A stretch of 64,000 nt of DNA from Armatimonadota bacterium (GTDB lineage: Bacteria > Armatimonadota > SYMT01): NCBI GenBank assembly GCA_041690135.1, contig JAWLHY010000001.1, positions 736,001 through 800,000 on the forward strand, in the 5' to 3' direction. Under the pieces are notes generated by a model, which worked only from the letters and a program-made list of their open reading frames with translations, was not told the DNA's origin and ran no database searches. The translations under genes and the position numbers were made by a program. The number at the start of each line of letters is the position of its first letter. Position 1 is the first letter of the stretch. Positions 9,173 to 18,782 of this stretch are shown here, piece by piece.

Positions 9173-10324
9173 ATGAAGCCCTTCTTCCAGCCCTTCCTGT
9201 CCCTTCGGCCCTCCAGGATCCGTCTCGCCGCACGCACCTCGTGGACCACCGCGACCCTGGCGCTGCCGGTGGTCGCGGCGTCCCTGCTCTCGGGCTGTGG
9301 CGGCTCCTCCTCCGCGCCTGCGGGGAACGTGGTGCCTCCGGCCACCAGCAGCACCACGGCTTCCGCCTCCGCCGAGAAGGTGGGCGTGGCGCTGGCCTCG
9401 ATGAACCACAACTTCTTCATCGGGATGCGGCAGGGCGTGGAAGAAGGCCTGGCGGCGGAGGGCTTGAGCGGCGAATTCCTGGTCGCGGACGACAGCGCTT
9501 CCAGCCAGCAACAGCAGGTCGATCAGCTCATCCAGAAGGGGGTCACCGCCATCATCATGGTCCCGGTGGATGCGGACCAGGCCGTGAACCCGGTGAAGGC
9601 GGCCAACTCCGCGAACATCCCGGTTTTCTCCATCGACCGGCGCGTTACCGGGCAGGGCGCCCGGGTGACCTGCACCGTAGAGACGGACAACGTGGCGATG
9701 GGTGAAATGGCCGCGCGTCACGGGCTGAAGCTGCTGTGCGAGCGCCACGGGCTGGACCCGGAGAAGCCGGAAGATCTGAAGAAGCTGAAGACGACGGTGG
9801 TCCACCTGTGGGGCCTAGAAGCCGCCAGCTCCGCCCGCGACCGCGCGACCGGGTTCGAGAACGTGTTCGGCAGCGACGCCACTCCGAACGTGAAGGTGCT
9901 CAAGGCGGTCGGCAACTTCAACGCCAAGACCAGCCAGGAAGTGATCGCGCCGCTCCTCACGGCCAACCCGGAGATCGAGCTGATCTATTGCCACAACGAC
10001 GATAACGCCATCGGGGCGCTGAACGCGGTCACCGACGTGAAGAAGGGCCGCGAGAAGGCGGACGATCCGAAGCGAGTCTTCATCGTGGGGATCGACGGCA
10101 ACCGGGCCGCCATCGAGGAGGTCCGCAAAGGCAACATCGAGGCGACCGTTTCCCAGGAGCCGATCGACATGGGCCGAGAGACCGTGAAGCAGGTGAAGCA
10201 GGTCCTGGACGGCAAGCAGCCGGAACAGCCCTACATCGCCATTCGCCACCACCTGGTGACGAAGAAAGAGGCGGACGAGAAGAAGGGCGAGCTCTGGGCG
10301 GACCTGTTGAAGGGTGGGAACTGA
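9173..10324 (+). CDS. Sugar ABC transporter substrate-binding lipoprotein (RbsB-like)
   Basis: Lipobox LLSGC; IDR, TDN, HNDDNAIGA and GIDG motifs of periplasmic binding protein type 1. Confidence 0.85.
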   Translation: MKPFFQPFLSLRPSRIRLAARTSWTTATLALPVVAASLLSGCGGSSSAPAGNVVPPATSSTTASASAEKVGVALASMNHNFFIGMRQGVEEGLAAEGLSGEFLVADDSASSQQQQVDQLIQKGVTAIIMVPVDADQAVNPVKAANSANIPVFSIDRRVTGQGARVTCTVETDNVAMGEMAARHGLKLLCERHGLDPEKPEDLKKLKTTVVHLWGLEAASSARDRATGFENVFGSDATPNVKVLKAVGNFNAKTSQEVIAPLLTANPEIELIYCHNDDNAIGALNAVTDVKKGREKADDPKRVFIVGIDGNRAAIEEVRKGNIEATVSQEPIDMGRETVKQVKQVLDGKQPEQPYIAIRHHLVTKKEADEKKGELWADLLKGGN

Positions 10325-11330
10325 CCCCTTGTCTTCCCACGCCCCATCCGTAAAATTGCCCCGCATTCCCGTGACCTGGGCGACGCAGATCGGGATCTTC
10401 GTCATCATCGTTTTGCTGGCGTTCCTGTTCTCCCGGATCCAGCCGCGATTCTTCAGCCCCACCACGGTGGCGCTCATCTTCAAGTACTACAGCCCGGTGG
10501 CGGTGCTTGCCCTGGGGATGACCTTTGTCATTCTCACCGGCGGCATCGACCTTTCGGTCGGGTACTTGATGATGTTCTTGATGTTCGTGATGGCGTACCT
10601 GGCGCGGCGGATGGGCTGGGACCCCGGGCTGGCGATGCTGGCGGGGCTGGGGACGGCGGTCCTCACCGGGGCCGCCGTGGGCGCGGGGGTGGCGATGGCG
10701 CGCATCCCGCCGTTCATCCTCACCCTGGCAGTGATGGTATCCGCCTACGGGGCGACCCTGTTGCTCTCGAACAACCAGTCGATCACCGACCTTCCGGAGC
10801 CGATGCTCTGGCTGGGCGGCGCCGAGTTCAGCCTGGGCCAGCAGAGCTTTCCCGTGATGGCGCCGGTGGTCGTGGGCCTGTTCGCCTTTGCGGCGCTGGT
10901 GCTACGGCGAACCCCCTACGGGCGCTATATTTATGCGCTGGGGTCCAACCGGGAGGCGGCGCGGCTCAACGGGATCCCGATCCGCGCCATTGAGATCTCG
11001 GTCTATGCCCTCTCCGCCTTTTGTTGTTGGCTGGCGGCGCTGATGCAGCTCGGGATCAACCGGACCGCCGATCCCAAGGTGGCCCTCAGCGACAGCCTGG
11101 AGCTCAACGCCATCGCGATGGTCGTGATCGGCGGCACGAGCCTGGTGGGCGGGCGCGGCGGGGTGGGCGGCACCGCCCTCGGGGTGGTCCTGCTCTCGAT
11201 GTTATTCAACGGCCTGCCCATGCTGGGCGGCCAGTTCGGAGACACCAGTTGGCGAAAACTCGTTCAGGGAGGCGTTATCTTCCTGGGCGCCGCCATTGAT
11301 GCCGTCCAGCGGAAGTATTGGAGACACTAA
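10314..11330 (+). CDS. Sugar ABC transporter permease (RbsC-like)
   Basis: GMTFVILTGGIDLSVG, GRYIYALGSNREAARLNGI and LNAIAMVVIGGTSLVGG motifs. Confidence 0.9.
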   Translation: MGTDPLSSHAPSVKLPRIPVTWATQIGIFVIIVLLAFLFSRIQPRFFSPTTVALIFKYYSPVAVLALGMTFVILTGGIDLSVGYLMMFLMFVMAYLARRMGWDPGLAMLAGLGTAVLTGAAVGAGVAMARIPPFILTLAVMVSAYGATLLLSNNQSITDLPEPMLWLGGAEFSLGQQSFPVMAPVVVGLFAFAALVLRRTPYGRYIYALGSNREAARLNGIPIRAIEISVYALSAFCCWLAALMQLGINRTADPKVALSDSLELNAIAMVVIGGTSLVGGRGGVGGTALGVVLLSMLFNGLPMLGGQFGDTSWRKLVQGGVIFLGAAIDAVQRKYWRH

Positions 11331-11440
11331 TTAACTGATTTCCGGCAGCGCATGCGTCCGTATGGTTGCACTGCCGGAAGCTCGTTCGCGCGCAAGCCTG
11401 CCCGTATGGGTAGCACTGCACTCCGCAGAAAGATCCAAGA

Positions 11441-12292
11441 ATGAAGATCGGATTTGTCGACCACCACCTGAACAATTTCCACGCCAACAAGTTCCTCAGT
11501 CTGCTCCACGAAAAGCTTGCGGATGAAGGTGCCCGGGTGGTCGCCGCCTGGGAGAGCGATCCGACCGGCGAAGACTGGTGCGAGAAGAACAAGGTGCCGC
11601 GCCTCGGAAGTGCCGCCGCCGTGGCGGAAGCCTGCGACGCCGTGATGGTGCTGGCGCCGGACAACATCGACGCCCACCTCGGCCTCTGCCGGCAGGTATT
11701 CCCCGCCGGGAAGCCGACGCTGGTGGACAAATTCCTGGCGCCAAGCCTGGACGAGGCGCGGCAGATCGTGGAGCTGGCCGAGAAGCACCGGGTCCGCATC
11801 TTCTCCGCCTCCTCTCTCCGGTTCGCCGGCGAACTGCAGAAGGCGCTGGCCGATGCGGGAGGCAAGCCGAGCGAGGCGTTCGCGCGCGGCATGGGCGTGT
11901 GGGACGGCTACGGCGTCCACACCCTCTCCCTGGTGGTCGGTGCGCTGGGAGCGGATGCAACCCGCCTCATCAACACCGGGACCGTCGACTCCACCTCGCT
12001 GACCATCGACTACGCCGACGGCCGTCGTGCGTGGGTCGACGTCCGCTCCGCCGCCAACATGTGGGAGGCGCTGCCGTGGGGCTTCGGGGTGAAGGCTAAC
12101 GATAAGTACACCGTCGATACCGTGAAAGACTACGACGGGTTCTACACCAACCTGATGAAGGAAGCGGTGAAGTTCTTCCGTACGGGTGAGAGCCCGGTCA
12201 GCGTGAAGGAGATGCTGAAGGTAGTGGCGATCCTGGAGGGGACCAACGCCTCCCGGGAGCAAGGCGGCGTGTGGCTACCGGTGGGAGGCTGA
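11441..12292 (+). CDS. Gfo/Idh/MocA-like oxidoreductase
   Basis: Rossmann-like N-terminus; GKPTLVDKFLA, SASSLRF and YGVH motifs. Confidence 0.75.
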   Translation: MKIGFVDHHLNNFHANKFLSLLHEKLADEGARVVAAWESDPTGEDWCEKNKVPRLGSAAAVAEACDAVMVLAPDNIDAHLGLCRQVFPAGKPTLVDKFLAPSLDEARQIVELAEKHRVRIFSASSLRFAGELQKALADAGGKPSEAFARGMGVWDGYGVHTLSLVVGALGADATRLINTGTVDSTSLTIDYADGRRAWVDVRSAANMWEALPWGFGVKANDKYTVDTVKDYDGFYTNLMKEAVKFFRTGESPVSVKEMLKVVAILEGTNASREQGGVWLPVGG

Positions 12293-12311
12293 GAGGTTAG
12301 ACTACCTGCGG

Positions 12312-13140
12312 CTCCGCTGTGGATCAACCCGAGAAGCCTTCTGTACCCTTGCGGAGTCCCGCCCTCAGTCGGTTCGTTCGCGGTCCTGGAACGGGATCCC
12401 GTTACCGTTATTCGCAGACCGCCGTGATCCAAGCGGTAGCTGTGAACCCGGTACGGGACCCCGTTTTCTTCCTCGCGAATCACCGCCTGAGGGCGGGACT
12501 CCGCGCGCGTGCCCGATGTTCTGCGTGTACCAAAGAAGCTGCTTCGATCATGAGCTCGGTTGGGCTCAGCCTGCCGAACCCGCCCTCCGCTGTGGGTCAA
12601 CCCAAGAAGCCTTCTGAGCCCTTGCGGAGTCCCGTCTTCAGACGGCTCGTTCGCGATCCTAGAACAGGTTCCCGTTGCCGTTATTCGCAGCTCGCCGTGA
12701 TCGAAGCGGTGGCCGTGAACCAAGTGCGGGGTCCCGTTTTCTTCCTCGCAAATCACCGCCTGAGGGCGGGACTCCGCGCCCGTGCCAAATCAGCATCGAG
12801 CGCATAGAGGCCACCTCGCCTGTAGAGTCAACCTACCGAACCCGCGCTCCGCACCGGGTCATCCGGAGAAACGTTCTGTACCCTTACGGAGTCCCGCCCT
12901 CAGGCGGCTTGTTCGCGATCCTGGCACGGGATCCCGTTATCGTTGATCGCAAACCGCCGTGATCGAAGCAGGTGGCTGTGAATCAGGTACGAGATCCCGT
13001 CTTCAATTTCGCAAATTACCGCCACACCCACTTCGCGGGTACCCGGCGGGACTCCGAGCCCGTACCCGCTCTACTGCATGTTCCAGAGAGGCTGCTTCGA
13101 TCGTGAGTTTGGCTTGGGACAGCCTATCGAACCCGTCCCG
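12312..13140. repeat. Tandem array of three ~262-273 bp REPIN-containing units on one side of the RAYT gene
   Basis: Units start at 12312, 12585 and 12847. REP consensus cggagtcccgccctcaggcgg (with variants) at 12352, 12625 and 12887; inverted partners at 12483, 12756 and 13019-13056. Confidence 0.92.
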
Positions 13141-13148
13141 GTGCAGGG

Positions 13149-13709
13149 TCAGAAGTCGTCGTAAGGCAACTTCCGGGGCGCGGGGAAGCGGTCCCGTAAC
13201 CGATGGACTTCTTCGTCTTCCCACACGGCGTCGAAGCGGTGGATGCTGCTCCAGGGCCAATCGCGGGGGTCCTCGACGTAACCGTGTTTCACGGGGTTCC
13301 CGTGGATGTAATTGATACGGCTCCACAAGTCCCCATCGGTCCATAGCGCCTTGTCCCAGAATTGGTACCAGCCCTGCCGTCCGGGACATCGGTCCTGTTC
13401 ATTCCACGCGCGGCTGGTCGTACCGTGGATGACCCCCAGCCAACGGGAGACGCTTCCCGGATGCTCGGGATGGATGATCAGGTGGTAATGGTCATCCAGC
13501 ACGACCCAGGCATGAAGGTCCACCTCGAACTGCCGGCTGGCTTCCGCGAGGACCTCCAGAAACTCGTCCTTTCGGGCGGGGGCCTGGAGGTGCCGGACAC
13601 GGCGATGGGTGCTCGCGGTGATGAAAAGGGCCTTACCGCGCTCGAAGTGGTGCGGCGGCCGATGCCGGTACCATTTCCGCTCGGAGTGAGGTAGCGTGGG
13701 ATCGTGCAT
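13149..13709 (-). mobile_element. REP-associated tyrosine transposase (RAYT/TnpA-REP, HUH Y1 family)
   Basis: FITAST, AWVVLDDHYHL (HUH), NYIHGNPVKHG (catalytic Tyr) and WPWSS motifs; GGAGG RBS; flanked by REP palindromes on both sides. Confidence 0.92.
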
Positions 13710-13727
13710 TTCGCCTCCGGTTCCGCT

Positions 13728-14115
13728 CTCCGCACCGGGTCATCCGGAGAAGCGTTTTGTACCCTTGCGGAGTCCCGCCCCCAGGCGCCTTGTTCGCGAT
13801 CCTGGAATGGGCCCGATCTGCATCGAACCCATAGAAACCACCTCGCCCATAGGATCAGCCGAGGAACCCGCTCCCAACTGCGGGTCATCCAGAGAAACGC
13901 CCTGAACCCTTACGGAGTCCCGCCCTCAGGCGGCTTATTCGCGATCCTGGAACGGAAATCCCGTTGCCGTTAGTCGCAGCTCGCCGTGATCCAAGCGGTG
14001 ACCGTCAACCAGGTCCGGGATCCCGTTTTCTTCCTCGCGAATCACCGCCAGAGGGCGGGACTCCGAGCCCGTGCCCGATCTACTGCGTACTCCAGTGGAT
14101 GTGCCTCGATCGTGG
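13728..14115. repeat. Continuation of the REPIN array (one truncated and one complete unit) on the other side of the RAYT gene
   Basis: REP at 13768 (no partner), and an inverted REP pair at 13913-13933 / 14045-14065. Linkers are homologous to those of the left array. Confidence 0.9.
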
Positions 14116-14172
14116 GCCCGTCTAGGACCCGGCGCCCCGCTACGGCTAATCGGTTCTCCCCCACCTGAACTC

Positions 14173-15246
14173 TTACTCCACGTGTTCCATGCCGCCGCGG
14201 CGGAGGAGGAGGGTCTGGCCGTCTCCCTCCAGGAACTGGCTCTCGGAGTGGAGGGCCGGGGGCGTGGGGGACACCGGGGGCTGAACCTGCGCGGTGTGCG
14301 GCACGGGCGGCGGATTGAGGTGCTGCTGGCTCTGCGCAGTCTGCGTACGGTGCGGCTGCGGCGCATGCTGGGCATCACGAGTCGCGTCCCGGTGGCTGTC
14401 GCTGACGGCGTTGCCCATCACGATGGTGTCGCGGATCTGGCCCATCAGGTCCGCCAGGCCGCCTGGGGTGTGCGGGACCATCACCGTGTTGGTGTGGGCG
14501 GAGGCCCCCACTTCCTTCAGCATGTCGAAGTACTGGGTGATGAGGATCAACTGCATCACGTCGTTGGTCGTGGCGCCGGGGACCCCGTGCTGGAATTCTT
14601 CCACGCTCTCGCGGAGGCCCTCGATGATCGCCTTCCGCTGGCCGGCGATGCCCTCGCCGTGCAGGATGGTCGATTCCGCCTCGCCCTGCGCCTGCTTCAC
14701 CTTCAGGATCCGCTCCGCCTCACCCCGCTCTTCCGCCGCCTTTCGCAGCCGGGTGGCGGCGTTGATCTCGTTCATCGCCTGCTTCACCTTCGGGTCCGGG
14801 TCGATGTCGTTGACCAGCGCGCGGACGATTCCGTAGCCATACTGGGTCATCGTCTCCGTCAGGTTGTTCTTAACAGCGGTCGCGATCTCGTCTTTGTTCT
14901 GGAAGACTTCATCCAGCGGCATCCGCGGCACCGTGGAGCGGACCTCGTCGAAGATGTACGACTCGATCTGCTGGATCGGGTTGGCCAACTCGTAGAACGC
15001 TTCCTTGACCCGGTCTTCGATGACGTAATACTGCACCGCGATCAGCAGGCGGACGAAAACGTCGTCCTGCGTCTTGGTCTCGACGTTGACCTGGAGCTCC
15101 TGGACCTTCAGCGAGATCTTGCCGGCGAGGCTCTGCCAGGGCATCACGACGTGCAGCCCGGCGTGGATCACCTTCTCGAAGCGTCCGAGCGACTCGATAA
15201 TCGCGGCCTGCTTCTGATGAACAATGGTCAGGTGTGGAATCAACAT
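14173..15246 (-). CDS. SPFH/band 7 domain protein with Pro/Gln/His-rich tail
   Basis: IIESLGRF, VETKTQDDVFV, DIDPDPKVKQAMNEINAA and LITQYFDML motifs. Confidence 0.9.
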   Translation of the reverse strand: MLIPHLTIVHQKQAAIIESLGRFEKVIHAGLHVVMPWQSLAGKISLKVQELQVNVETKTQDDVFVRLLIAVQYYVIEDRVKEAFYELANPIQQIESYIFDEVRSTVPRMPLDEVFQNKDEIATAVKNNLTETMTQYGYGIVRALVNDIDPDPKVKQAMNEINAATRLRKAAEERGEAERILKVKQAQGEAESTILHGEGIAGQRKAIIEGLRESVEEFQHGVPGATTNDVMQLILITQYFDMLKEVGASAHTNTVMVPHTPGGLADLMGQIRDTIVMGNAVSDSHRDATRDAQHAPQPHRTQTAQSQQHLNPPPVPHTAQVQPPVSPTPPALHSESQFLEGDGQTLLLRRGGMEHVE

Positions 15247-15497
15247 GGCGCTCTACCTCCTCTAAACTGTTGCCCCGCGGGACCCGCTCTCCCTTTTCCT
15301 TCAATCTGTTAACGGCAGTTGGGTGGGGACCGGTGCGTTCGTTGCGCACTTTCCAAACGGGAACCGAATCTCGGGGTAGAAGGCAATGCTTCCGTGGGGG
15401 AAACGCGCGGCTCTCCGCTCGAGAGCCCGGACTTCCTCTTCATACCAGATCATCCGGGCTCCCCATTTCCCTCGCCAAAAGGCCCTGCGAGGTCACC

Positions 15498-16124
15498 TCA
15501 GAACCCGATCCGGATCCCGAGGAGGATGCCCATGAGAGCGCTCATCGGCGGACCGATGATCATGCTCAAGATGGGCCGTCCGAAGAAAACGAGCCCCAAC
15601 AGCATGATCCCGCCCCACCGCTCCATGAACTTGCTGAACTCGTAGGCGGGCGCATCGGGAAGAAAGGCCACCAGGATCTTGGCGCCGTCGAGCGGTCCGA
15701 TCGGGATGAGGTTGAACAACATCAGCCCCAGGTTGACGATCACGCAGATCAGCAGGAGACTGGCGAGGGCCCCATCTACCAGGCCGAACCGGATCGGCAG
15801 CGCGAACCCGATCGCCAGGAGGAAGTTGGAGAACGGCCCCCAGGCAGCGATCTTGCACATGTCCCACTTGGGGTTCCGCAGCAGGCTGGGGTTAACCAGC
15901 ACCGGGCGTCCCCAACCGAGACCGAAGCCGGTGATCGAGCTCATCACGCAGAAGAGCGCGCCCAGCGGGTCGAAGTGGTCCTGCGGCATGATCGAGAGAC
16001 GACCATCCCGGCGCGGCCCGTCGTCGCCGTTGTTCACCGCCGACAGGGCATGCGCGAATTCGTGTACCGGGATCGCGATGATGAGCGCGAACAGGTACAT
16101 CATGATCTGCTGGGGATCGTTCAA
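15498..16124 (-). CDS. Site-2 protease (peptidase M50)
   Basis: HEFAH, GPFSN and FNLIPIGPLDG motifs. Confidence 0.92.
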   Translation of the reverse strand: MNDPQQIMMYLFALIIAIPVHEFAHALSAVNNGDDGPRRDGRLSIMPQDHFDPLGALFCVMSSITGFGLGWGRPVLVNPSLLRNPKWDMCKIAAWGPFSNFLLAIGFALPIRFGLVDGALASLLLICVIVNLGLMLFNLIPIGPLDGAKILVAFLPDAPAYEFSKFMERWGGIMLLGLVFFGRPILSMIIGPPMSALMGILLGIRIGF

Positions 16125-18736
16125 TCGTCTCTCCTCTGTTCCCGGTCCAGTTCCTCGCGGAGGTACTCCAGCTCGGCGGCTCGGTCGTGCAGCTCGCCGT
16201 TCAGGCGCGCATCCAGAGCGCGCTCCAGGGCGCGGCCGAAGGCAGGGCCGGGACGATATCCCAGCTCCTTCAGGTCGCTCCCCGTTACCTCCAGTTTAAC
16301 ATTCCGCCATTGTACCAGGAATCGTTCCAGCAGTGTACGCATGCGGTCGCCCTCGCCGCTCGCCGCGCTCACGGCGGCGAGCAGCACCAGGGCTTCCGCG
16401 GGCAGCGGGCGCAGTGCGCGGGTGAGATCGGAGGGCGGCACCCCTTCCCCCAGCAGCCCCGCGGCCGTGTCCGCCGCGCCGACCGCCGCCTCCAGCGCTT
16501 TGAGGTCTGGACCCGTAACGCGCAGGCGGGCGACCGCCAGCTCTGCGGCCGGCACCGGGCCCAGGGGGCGCAGGATCCCCGCCAGATAGGTGAGGCTGGC
16601 GTTAACCGGATCGTCGGTCGTGCGCTCCCACCAGTCCACGGCGCCCGGGACGGCTTGCAGAAGCGGCAGGTCGAGCTCCAGCCCCGGGAAGAGGGTGCGA
16701 AAGACCCCCAGATCCTGCAGCCGCAGGAGGGCCCCCACCGGGCGGGGACGCATCAACACCTCTTCCAGTTGCCGGCGCATCCGCTCCGGGCTGATGGTTT
16801 CCAGCGCTCCCGAGGCGATGGCGTGCCGCGCCAGTTCCTCGGTCTGGGAGTCCATCCGGAAGTGGAACCGCTCCTCGAAGCGCACGGCCCGGAAGATCCG
16901 CGTGGGGTCGTCGATGAAGCTGACGTTGTGGAGGACGCGGAGCCGGCGCCGCTGGAGATCCTGTCTGCCCCGGAACGGGTCCAGCAGCTCGCCGAAACGC
17001 TGCGGGAGCAAGGAGATCGCCATCGCGTTGATGGTGAAGTCGCGGCGCCGCAGATCGTCGTTGATCGACGACGGCTCCACTTCGGGCAGTACGCCGGGAC
17101 GGGCGTAGCTCTCGGTGCGCGCGGTGGCGAAATCGACCTCAATCCCGTCCGGGAGACGGACCTTCGCCGTGCCGAAGGCGGACTCGATCTTGAACAAATC
17201 GCCTCCGAGCTGCTCCGCCACCGCGGCCGCCAGGCGGGCGCCGTCCGGCTCGACCAGGAGGTCGAGATCCAGATTCCGCACCCCCAGTAGGAGGTCGCGG
17301 ACGAAGCCGCCCACCACGTAGACCTGGGCGCCCTCCGACAGCGCGATCCGGCCCACTTCCTCCAGGACCTTCTGCACGCGGGCCGGTAGATGCTCCCGGA
17401 TGAGTTGGGCGACCGGCTCCTCCGTCAGGGGTGGCGCGCCTGCGAGATAACGGGCGCCGTGGAGCGCTTCGAGGACGTTGGTCCGGGTGACGATCCCCAC
17501 CACCTCGTCCCCCTCCATCACCGGCAGCCTCCCGATCCCCTCGCGGATCATGATCCGCTCCAGCGTGGAGAGGGGCGTGTCCGGGCTTGCCGTCGCCACG
17601 TCGCGCGTCATGAAGCCACGGATCGGCGCGTGGTCCAGGCCGTGGCTGCGCGCCTTGTCGACGTCGCGGCGCGTCACCACCCCCACCACCTTCCCACGAT
17701 CCATCACCAGCAGCCCCGAGTGGCCGTACCGCAGCATCCGGCGGTAGGCCTCGCCGATGCTGGCGTCCGGAGGGACGGTGCGGACCGGAGAGGCCATGAT
17801 TGCCGCGGCCGTGCGCTCCGGCACCACGAACTGCTCCAGCAGCTTCAGCAGCCGCTCCTTAACGGCCGGAAGCGCTTCGTCCCGCAGGGTCACCGAGGCG
17901 GCCCGGGCGTGCCCTCCCCCACCCAGTTCCCGGAGAACGGCGGCTACGTCGAGCGCATCCGTGCGGCTGCGGCCGATCAGGTACACGGCGTCTTCCATCT
18001 CTGTCAGGATGAACCCCACCCCCACGTCCTCCGCGTCGAGCACGCGCGGCACCAGGAGCGCGGCGTCGTCCACGTAGGGACCGGGCGGAGCCGTGCTGAT
18101 CAGAACGGGCGTGCCGCGCACCTCGTGGATTTCGAGGCCGGCAAGGAGGTGCTGCAGCAGGCGGCGCTGCTCCGGACTGAGGCTGCGGCGGATGAACTGG
18201 GAAACGACATCGAGGTCCGCCCCGCCCCGCAGCAGCCACGCGGCTGCTTCCAGGTCCTCCGGACGCGTGCCGGCGAAAGAGAGGGAGCCGGTGTCTTCGT
18301 AGATCCCCAGTAGGATGGCCGTGGCCTCGAAGGCGGTGAGGCTCTCCTGGCGCTCGCGCAGGCAATGGGCCATCACGCTGGAAACGGCCCCCCACGGCTC
18401 CAGGCGCTGGTAACCGGCCGGCACGTCGCACTCCGCCGCCACGTGGTGATCGTAAAGATGGACTTCCACATCCGGGAGGTCCAGCCAGGCGGCGGCGAGA
18501 CCGAGACGGCGACGGCTGCAGGTATCCACCACAATCACGCGGCGGATCGCCTCGGCCTCGATATCAGCGGGAACCCGTGGCGCGAGGACCTCGCGATGGA
18601 TCGAGAGGAAGTCATGCACCCCGGGAGATTCCCCACCGGGGAGCACGAGCACGGCGCCCGGATAGAGCCGCCCCGCACCGACCAGCCCGCCCAGGGCATC
18701 GAAATCGGCGTTCACGTGCGTGACGACTACATCCAT
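16121..18736 (-). CDS. DHH-DHHA1-CBS-nucleotidyltransferase fusion (tRNA CCA/A-adding enzyme)
   Basis: THVNADFD, DHH, GGGGHARAA, two CBS domains, VGGFVRDLLL..DLD, DLRRRDFTINA and SFIDDPTRIFRA motifs. Confidence 0.92.
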   Translation of the reverse strand: MDVVVTHVNADFDALGGLVGAGRLYPGAVLVLPGGESPGVHDFLSIHREVLAPRVPADIEAEAIRRVIVVDTCSRRRLGLAAAWLDLPDVEVHLYDHHVAAECDVPAGYQRLEPWGAVSSVMAHCLRERQESLTAFEATAILLGIYEDTGSLSFAGTRPEDLEAAAWLLRGGADLDVVSQFIRRSLSPEQRRLLQHLLAGLEIHEVRGTPVLISTAPPGPYVDDAALLVPRVLDAEDVGVGFILTEMEDAVYLIGRSRTDALDVAAVLRELGGGGHARAASVTLRDEALPAVKERLLKLLEQFVVPERTAAAIMASPVRTVPPDASIGEAYRRMLRYGHSGLLVMDRGKVVGVVTRRDVDKARSHGLDHAPIRGFMTRDVATASPDTPLSTLERIMIREGIGRLPVMEGDEVVGIVTRTNVLEALHGARYLAGAPPLTEEPVAQLIREHLPARVQKVLEEVGRIALSEGAQVYVVGGFVRDLLLGVRNLDLDLLVEPDGARLAAAVAEQLGGDLFKIESAFGTAKVRLPDGIEVDFATARTESYARPGVLPEVEPSSINDDLRRRDFTINAMAISLLPQRFGELLDPFRGRQDLQRRRLRVLHNVSFIDDPTRIFRAVRFEERFHFRMDSQTEELARHAIASGALETISPERMRRQLEEVLMRPRPVGALLRLQDLGVFRTLFPGLELDLPLLQAVPGAVDWWERTTDDPVNASLTYLAGILRPLGPVPAAELAVARLRVTGPDLKALEAAVGAADTAAGLLGEGVPPSDLTRALRPLPAEALVLLAAVSAASGEGDRMRTLLERFLVQWRNVKLEVTGSDLKELGYRPGPAFGRALERALDARLNGELHDRAAELEYLREELDREQRRDD

Positions 18737-18782
18737 CGGTATTGGGCTCCAGGACGCCTCCCACCGGAAAGCGTCCCGGAGG

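Noticed and set aside
12142-13389. ORFs overlapping the repeat array
   Set aside because: They are translations of the DNA repeats, overlap real genes, and reading frames are not kept between units.
12312-14115. Repeat array as a CRISPR array
   Set aside because: The repeats alternate in orientation, the intervening sequences are homologous rather than unique spacers, and no cas gene is present.
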